This document shows positions 58,051 through 64,000 of a DNA stretch of 64,000 nt, one piece after another. Under the pieces are notes generated by a model that had not been told where the DNA came from, did not search any database, and saw only the letters and a program-made list of their open reading frames with translations. Each line of letters opens with the position of its first letter. Within the stretch, counting starts at the first letter, position 1. Source of the stretch: Nitrosopumilaceae archaeon (GTDB lineage Archaea; Thermoproteota; Nitrososphaeria; Nitrososphaerales; Nitrosopumilaceae); contig CBDCCK010000002.1 in the NCBI GenBank assembly GCA_965214835.1, positions 64,001-128,000 on the forward strand, read 5' to 3'. The position numbers were made by a program, and so were the translations under genes.

Positions 58051-59218
58051 CCTTTAGTTCCTTTTTCGAGTTTCGCTTTCTGATTGCCGTTGTCGTGACG
58101 TCGCAAAAACCGTAATGCGACATCATGTCTGCATAAATCCTCTCGGTCGGAACTACGGTCCCGTAGAACGTGGAGTTTCCTATTATATAGTGGGCCCTGG
58201 CACCCGGCCTGAGTACGCGTCGCACGGACTCAAAATGCCTCGACATGTCGTCGCAGTACTTGCCCACGTAGTTTGACAGGACCTTCCCGCTGCGGTCGTT
58301 TCCTGCAATGCTGCGCAGTATCTTCCCGACATATTCAGGGATCCACGACCTTCCACCAGTCCAGCCTGCAAGCCTGCTGGTGGCAATTCCCCACGTCCCG
58401 CCGATGGTACGCCAGTCCATCTCGCCTGCATCGCGCCCGCTTGAAAGGTGGCCAAGCCAGTACATGAACGGACGCAGTTCGCGTATGTATGACATTCTGT
58501 TGGCGTACGGCGGGGACGTAATTATGACGTCAAACATGGATGCGGCGTCCGAAAACTCGCGGGAATCCCCGAGCATGACGCTTACCTTCCCGTATACCGG
58601 CCGTCCAGCGCCGGCGATGACAAAGTCCAGGTTACGCAGAAAGACATCCCTCATCCCGGCACTGGACTGCACGCTGTTCGGCGCGTCCTTGAACGACATG
58701 GACTGGTGGCCGAAATCGGCGCAGGAGAGCTGGATCAGCGTCCTGCAGAATGCGACGTAAAGCAGGTCAGACACGCCGCCCCCGGTCCGCATTATCCCGG
58801 TCTTGAGGCGCCTGATGAACATCTCGGCGTCACATGACCACCACCGGCGCATGTTGTGGATCGGGGGGGACGGCTCTGGCTGTACATGTGGCCCGTCTTC
58901 CAGGATGAGACGTCCAGCCCTTTTGGCGGATCTTATCGTGTCTGCACCGTAATGCCCCGTCTTTGCTCTGGCCAGCCACACCAGGAACGGGTTTACGTCT
59001 ATCGTGGTCGCATCATGACCCCGGTCTGCCGCACATAGTGCAGTAGTACCCACGCCGCAGAACGGATCAAGTATCAGACTGCCTGCAGGACACCGTGATA
59101 TGATCTCGTCGACGATCCTGACAGAATATGCCGGGGTAAGACGCAGCCATCCGTGTCTGCCTGCATCCGTGTTGAATTTGTAGGTATAGTCGCTTCTCTG
59201 CTCTAGCGCAGCCATCAC
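58019..59218 (-). CDS. DNA methyltransferase (FxGxG before SPPY); C-terminus altered by the MITE
   Basis: LDPFCGVGTT, ITSPPYAN; without the MITE the frame ends KELKEFRVSATWPGS* at 57897. Confidence 0.88.
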   Translation of the reverse strand: MMAALEQRSDYTYKFNTDAGRHGWLRLTPAYSVRIVDEIISRCPAGSLILDPFCGVGTTALCAADRGHDATTIDVNPFLVWLARAKTGHYGADTIRSAKRAGRLILEDGPHVQPEPSPPIHNMRRWWSCDAEMFIRRLKTGIMRTGGGVSDLLYVAFCRTLIQLSCADFGHQSMSFKDAPNSVQSSAGMRDVFLRNLDFVIAGAGRPVYGKVSVMLGDSREFSDAASMFDVIITSPPYANRMSYIRELRPFMYWLGHLSSGRDAGEMDWRTIGGTWGIATSRLAGWTGGRSWIPEYVGKILRSIAGNDRSGKVLSNYVGKYCDDMSRHFESVRRVLRPGARAHYIIGNSTFYGTVVPTERIYADMMSHYGFCDVTTTAIRKRNSKKELKGNSSDFGSDL

Positions 59219-59383
59219 TTGTCCCTCCCCAGCAATCCCCTCAATACAGACCGCGTTCCGTCTCTCAGCGCGGATTGATTGCGCCTGAAGAACCCGGCCA
59301 GATCATACCCCGTAATGTGATGTATAAAGTCAAACGTGGATGATGTCGGCTCCTGTATCCCGGCTCCGGCAGTCCCGTCCGGC
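59215..59383 (-). pseudogene. Possible 3' remnant of a gene (cognate endonuclease?) coupled to the methyltransferase
   Basis: STFDFIHHITGYDLAGFFRRN... ends overlapping the MTase start; no 5' part present. Confidence 0.35.
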
Positions 59384-59659
59384 CTACGGCCTATCCCGCC
59401 CATCCCCCAGCCTGTCCCTGAGGATGTCACGAATTTCATCGAGGGTAGATGACATACGGTCCAGCTTGTCCAGCTTGGCATCGATACGGTCCAGCTTGTC
59501 CAGCTTGGCATCGATACGGTCCAGCTTGCCTCCAAGCAGCTCCTCGGTCTTTCTGATTCTCCTTTCGCTCAACCACAAGTTGATTCCAAATAACGGCAAA
59601 GCAAATAAAGCCGAAAAGAACAGCCACGTCCGGATGGCCTCGCCGTAGACGGCATGCAT
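59384..59659 (-). CDS. Membrane protein with LDKLDRID repeats
   Basis: Paralog of 59696..60223; 30-bp repeats. Confidence 0.7.
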   Translation of the reverse strand: MHAVYGEAIRTWLFFSALFALPLFGINLWLSERRIRKTEELLGGKLDRIDAKLDKLDRIDAKLDKLDRMSSTLDEIRDILRDRLGDGRDRP

Positions 59660-59695
59660 GCCCCTCGCCCTGCCTGCCAGAGCACGGATTCACGT

Positions 59696-60223
59696 CTATT
59701 TCAGCTTGCCGCTTATCTCATTCAGCTTGCCGCTTATCTCATTCAGCTTGCCGTTCATCTCCCTGAGGGTGTCGCGCATCTCCTTGAGGGTCTCTGATAT
59801 GTCGTCCAGCTTGTCCAGCTTCTTGTCCATCGTCTCAAGCTTGTCCAGCTTGTCCAGCTTCTTGTCCATCGTCTCAAGCTTGTCCAGCTTCTTGTCTATT
59901 ACGTCCAGCTTGCCTCCAAGCAGCTCCTCGGTCTTTTTAATCCTCCTTTCGCCCAACAACAAGTTGAATATGAAAAGCGGCAAAGTAGATAAAGCCGAAA
60001 CTGGGGCCGCAATCTGCACTGCCCAGTCATATGCGGCCGCTATCTCCGGGAAGAATCTCACGACAATGGCGGTTCCTACCAGTGTGGAGATTGATCCTGC
60101 CAGGAATGCTCGCACTATTCTCAATGCAATATCCAGCCGATCGCGCTTGGCCATGACACATTGCCGGTATGGGAGCCAATTAAGGTGGCGATCACTGCCG
60201 GCCAGATTGCCACCTTGTTTCAC
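59696..60223 (-). CDS. Two-TM membrane protein with long coiled-coil repeats
   Basis: LDKLETMDKK and KLNEISG repeats; likely start at MAKRDR. Confidence 0.75.
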   Translation of the reverse strand: MKQGGNLAGSDRHLNWLPYRQCVMAKRDRLDIALRIVRAFLAGSISTLVGTAIVVRFFPEIAAAYDWAVQIAAPVSALSTLPLFIFNLLLGERRIKKTEELLGGKLDVIDKKLDKLETMDKKLDKLDKLETMDKKLDKLDDISETLKEMRDTLREMNGKLNEISGKLNEISGKLK

Positions 60224-60537
60224 ATGTGCCTGCTGCGGCCTTCAAATCCGCGCGATGCCATCCGGCAGGGCGTGCAAGAGGACGGAAGTTCAAAAGAGCG
60301 CAGGTCGTACCATATACAAACCTCTGTTTAATAGCAAACGGCAGTAAATATGACATGTCGTTGACGGCAATGCATGGGGACATATCCACGCTTGCGATAG
60401 CTGCCGGCGTAGCCGCACTGCTGGCAGGTTACGCGGTTCACATACTTGGGATAGGCCCGCACAGCTGAAGATGTCACACCAATGGAGGTGTCACGATATC
60501 CGGCATTCTGCTAGGGGCAATCCGGTCACCATCAAAG

Positions 60538-63324
60538 TCATGGGCATGATACAGTCGTGTTGTATGCCGATATCATACTGTTTATCTGCTCATGCTGTAC
60601 GGCATCGGCATCATCAAGCATCCGGCACACTTGGTCGGCATTTGCATTTGCAACAGCAAGTGACAGTTCTTGAATCGATGTCATTGCATGCCGAGCCGAG
60701 CCTTGAGACTCGTCAGACGCAGGAGGGGTGGTGCCAAGATAAAAGTTGTCAAAATATGCCTTTTGTCGCCAGTCGGCAATCCATGAATCAGTCAATCCAA
60801 GCCACACAGAAACGTCGTCATGTCCGGACACCGCATCAGTCACATTGGCACTGAATGACTGCCAACCGGTGTTAAACGTGCCGCCCCGGTTAAGCCATGT
60901 GGTGTATATGGAACTTCCATGAGAATCAAATATCTGCAGCATGGCATTAGTCACAGACGAAGAAGCAAAGTTGGAAGTGGCCTTGTAGTCAACTCCGATA
61001 AACAGGGAATCATCTTCATCCAGGTTGCGCAGATCAACAGTCTGTTTCATGCCGGCAGTGGCAACAAAACCGTCACCGCTGATGAGGCCCGAAGGTGCCG
61101 GATTGCCATCGTTCGAATCCAGCCCCAATACATACCGGTTATTGGAAGTGTCATAGTCAGACGAAGCAGTCCTGTGCAGGGTCCAGGAATCAACATCTGA
61201 ATAGTCATCAGTTATGGCCTCAAAAGATGGGGTGGGCTCGGTTGCAACCCTGACAAAGTTAGACTGATCAGACAGTCCAGCGCTGTTGATTGCCTTTACC
61301 CTGTACACGTATATGGCATCTGCAAGTACGTTCACATCAACAAATGTGGTGTCGGTGTTTTGCGTGTTTTCAACATAAACGGAGAGGGCAGCCTGTGCCG
61401 GTACGGCCCGCTTGAGTATCTGATATCCTGAAACATCTCCATCAGGCGCATCCCAGCTGAGTGTCACCGAATTGTGAGATGAGACGGCTTTAAGGTTCTG
61501 GGGTGCATCAGGTATGGTGGTAGCACTGGCAGGCAAAGTCATGACACGAATGAACGCAGAGCGGGGCGAATCGCCAAAATCATTTGACGCAACCACACGA
61601 TAGACGTATTCCGTGTCTGAATTTACGTTTCCATCAACGTAGGAGGGAGCAGAAACAGTGTCAATGACGGCAAGATCAGGGGTTCCAACCAGCTTTCTCA
61701 AGACATCATACGAGGTGGCTGACTCGGATGGAGACCAGCGCAAATTCACGGAATCAAAAGCTACAGATTCTGCACGCAGGTCAAGGGGAGCATCAGGTGC
61801 GGCAGGCTGCACAGAAACGACAACATCAAAGCCCACGCTGGCAGAGTTGTCATGATCGTCAGTTGCAGTACAGGTGACAGTGGTGGTACCGACAGGGAAC
61901 ACAGAGTTTGGTGCCGGAATGCAGGACACGTCGACATCATCATCTGTAAGATCCGTGGCAGCCGGAATGGCATAGTCGACTGCAAGAGAGCCGGACTCGG
62001 TCATAACAGATACATCATCAGGCGTAGAGTCAAATACAGGGGGTGTCGTATCTTGGACCGTGATTATCTGGGAATCAGTTGCAGAATTTCCAGAGGCATC
62101 AGTTGCAGTCCACGTGACCGTGATGGTGCCAAGCGGGAAGGATGCGGGGGCATCATTGGTTATGGTCGGAGATAAATCCTGATTGTCATCTGCGGTGGCA
62201 GTACCAAGGGATACCTGTGTAAGTGTGTCTGAGGCCTCAACTGTAATGTCATCAGGCGCAGTAATGGTTGGCGGAGTACTGTCGATACCGGAAGAATATT
62301 GCAGGGTAATGACGCCGTTGTCTGAGAATTCGCCGTCAGATACGGAATAGGTAATGGAATCAGTATCAGTCAGGCTGACAGGCGTGTAAACCAGCTGTGA
62401 GGACTCGGGGCCCTGATTCGGGATTTCCTGGGCCCTGTTGTTGTGATCCAGGGTACCGTATGTCGGGAAGCTGATCAGGTTGAACTCGATGTGCTGGCGG
62501 TTGGGCTGGGCCACCTCCAAAGGTATGGTTACAGGCTGGTCTTGGACCTGAACCGTCTTGTCAACTGCGACAGGGGCCGTATTCTGGGAAGGCAGGTCGT
62601 CACAATCCAACTCCGTCACGATTCCTGCAACAAACGTATTGTGAGAACCGCATTTTGTCAGCTTGTAGCCCTGGGACGTCGAAATACGGGTATTGTCCAA
62701 TCTGTTATCAGACCATTCCCCGTCTTGCAGTTTTTCTGAATCTGCGAATTTGGCAACCCCGATGGAAGAGTACTGGTCAGACCGCAGTGTTCCTTCCAGA
62801 CCAGATTGGATGTCATTTCCCTTGTCACCAAACATATCAAAACTGGCTATTGGAAGGGAGGAATACTCGTGTAGGTACAGCAGCCAATTGTGGTCTTGCG
62901 TGCCGCGTCTAATCTCAAAATTCAACGTGTCGCCAACATCAAAGTCATGTGAAATGGTATATTCAGAATATTGTGTAGTCATTTCCATCATATAATAATA
63001 ATTAAAACCATAATACACGCGTTCATCTGAAATACAGACATCTCCGGTTCCATCACCGTCTGAATCTTGCAAGCCGCCTTGTGTAACTCCCAATTCAATC
63101 CATTCGTTTTTAGGTAAGATAATCCATTGCGTAGCCACTGCAACATTAGTCAGACAGTCATCTGATTTGATAAACATGTCAGGCACATGGAGTTGATATT
63201 TTATTCCCTGATAAGAAGCAGGAACATCTGATTGGCTTACTTGGGCATAACAATGAGGAGACACACAAAGAGACGCATCTGCATATTGCAATCCTACAAG
63301 AGTGGAGGAAACCACAAACATCAA
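60538..63324 (-). CDS. Large secreted/surface protein with HYR-like and fibronectin type III domains
   Basis: Signal-like N-terminus; DSTPPTITAPDDITVEA...FPLGTITVTWTATD (HYR x2); PDAP.DL...V.L.W...YVYRV.A.N (FN3 x2). Confidence 0.88.
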   Translation of the reverse strand: MMFVVSSTLVGLQYADASLCVSPHCYAQVSQSDVPASYQGIKYQLHVPDMFIKSDDCLTNVAVATQWIILPKNEWIELGVTQGGLQDSDGDGTGDVCISDERVYYGFNYYYMMEMTTQYSEYTISHDFDVGDTLNFEIRRGTQDHNWLLYLHEYSSLPIASFDMFGDKGNDIQSGLEGTLRSDQYSSIGVAKFADSEKLQDGEWSDNRLDNTRISTSQGYKLTKCGSHNTFVAGIVTELDCDDLPSQNTAPVAVDKTVQVQDQPVTIPLEVAQPNRQHIEFNLISFPTYGTLDHNNRAQEIPNQGPESSQLVYTPVSLTDTDSITYSVSDGEFSDNGVITLQYSSGIDSTPPTITAPDDITVEASDTLTQVSLGTATADDNQDLSPTITNDAPASFPLGTITVTWTATDASGNSATDSQIITVQDTTPPVFDSTPDDVSVMTESGSLAVDYAIPAATDLTDDDVDVSCIPAPNSVFPVGTTTVTCTATDDHDNSASVGFDVVVSVQPAAPDAPLDLRAESVAFDSVNLRWSPSESATSYDVLRKLVGTPDLAVIDTVSAPSYVDGNVNSDTEYVYRVVASNDFGDSPRSAFIRVMTLPASATTIPDAPQNLKAVSSHNSVTLSWDAPDGDVSGYQILKRAVPAQAALSVYVENTQNTDTTFVDVNVLADAIYVYRVKAINSAGLSDQSNFVRVATEPTPSFEAITDDYSDVDSWTLHRTASSDYDTSNNRYVLGLDSNDGNPAPSGLISGDGFVATAGMKQTVDLRNLDEDDSLFIGVDYKATSNFASSSVTNAMLQIFDSHGSSIYTTWLNRGGTFNTGWQSFSANVTDAVSGHDDVSVWLGLTDSWIADWRQKAYFDNFYLGTTPPASDESQGSARHAMTSIQELSLAVANANADQVCRMLDDADAVQHEQINSMISAYNTTVSCP

Positions 63325-63343
63325 TGAAAAAATGAAAAAGAGA

Positions 63344-64000
63344 TCATTCAGGTATGATCACACCTTGAATCGAATTGGCAATTTTTATGCCCTCGTCATA
63401 AGGCAGGGCTTCACTTTTATAGCCCAAATCAACATAATATGTTTCAAAGTGCAATTTGGTATGGAATCCAAGGTATTCGTTATCAGGTTTCTTCATACCG
63501 AAATAACCATTTGTCTGATTTACAACCGTATCTGAGATAGTTTGTTCAGAATAATTGCCTGGCAAGCGATACAGAAGAGAACGCATTTCATCATATGTCA
63601 GATGAGAAGTCGCCGTGGAATCATGAGGGGATACATAATAAATTATCCCTCCGGTGTTTCTAACATCATTTTCAGTGGTTGAATTTGTATAAACAAATGA
63701 CACGGGTACAAAGTGCATGATCAATCCGTGCTTGGTAGAATTGGCAGAGGTATGCCAGCCATGTACGGAATAACCAAGCTTGTATCCCGTTGGAACATAG
63801 TCAGGTACCCAGTCAGTCACCACAAACTCGTCAGAGGTTGTATGTCTGGCTGACAGCTGTGATATCTGCTTGGCAGTCTGCAGTTCCTTTAGTGTCTGGG
63901 TCATGATTTCGTGCGGGTTTGAAAAGTTCTTTTGCAGTATTGGTATGTCAATCGGCCCTCTTCGAAGAACAGTAGACTCTTCCCTTTGTATCTGCAACGG
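63344..64000 (-). CDS. Hypothetical protein, 5' end outside the window
   Basis: Open frame to the window edge, DWVPDYVPTGY motif, lower GC. Confidence 0.6.
   Translation of the reverse strand, partial: PLQIQREESTVLRRGPIDIPILQKNFSNPHEIMTQTLKELQTAKQISQLSARHTTSDEFVVTDWVPDYVPTGYKLGYSVHGWHTSANSTKHGLIMHFVPVSFVYTNSTTENDVRNTGGIIYYVSPHDSTATSHLTYDEMRSLLYRLPGNYSEQTISDTVVNQTNGYFGMKKPDNEYLGFHTKLHFETYYVDLGYKSEALPYDEGIKIANSIQGVIIPE

Overview
Archaeal DNA, most consistent with Nitrosopumilaceae/Cenarchaeum-like Thaumarchaeota. This is an inference from an A1-U72 initiator tRNA with a bulge-helix-bulge intron, TATA-type motifs and canonical C/D-box RNAs. Two methyltransferase genes and two tRNA genes lie at the left edge. 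They are followed by a ~52 kb accessory, mobile-element-like block (~4-55.5 kb) with almost all genes on the minus strand: dozens of small hypothetical or Zn-finger ORFs in paralogous families, four HSP90/GHKL-type ATPases, DUF932- and DUF1281-like genes, a thermonuclease, HExxH proteins and an ISH3-like IS. An actin-like ATPase with upstream palindromes, two DNA methyltransferases and a large surface protein lie at the right edge. The most striking content is non-coding. (1) A CRISPR-like tandem array of 11 box C/D guide-RNA units (53.5-55.2 kb) has a constant scaffold and shuffled guides. Several guides are complementary to conserved rRNA, and two point by the N+5 rule at 23S A2451 of the peptidyl-transferase centre. 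(2) Three type I hammerhead ribozymes are predicted to cut exactly 1 nt before the AUG of the next gene. (3) There is a tandem pair of expanded hammerheads. (4) A five-copy covarying pseudoknot-like RNA motif that I cannot classify. (5) A tRNA with an alanine G3-U70 acceptor but an AAG anticodon. No integrase, capsid, Cas or Nop-domain gene was recognised in the window. The rRNA sequences used for guide matching are recalled from memory and must be verified.
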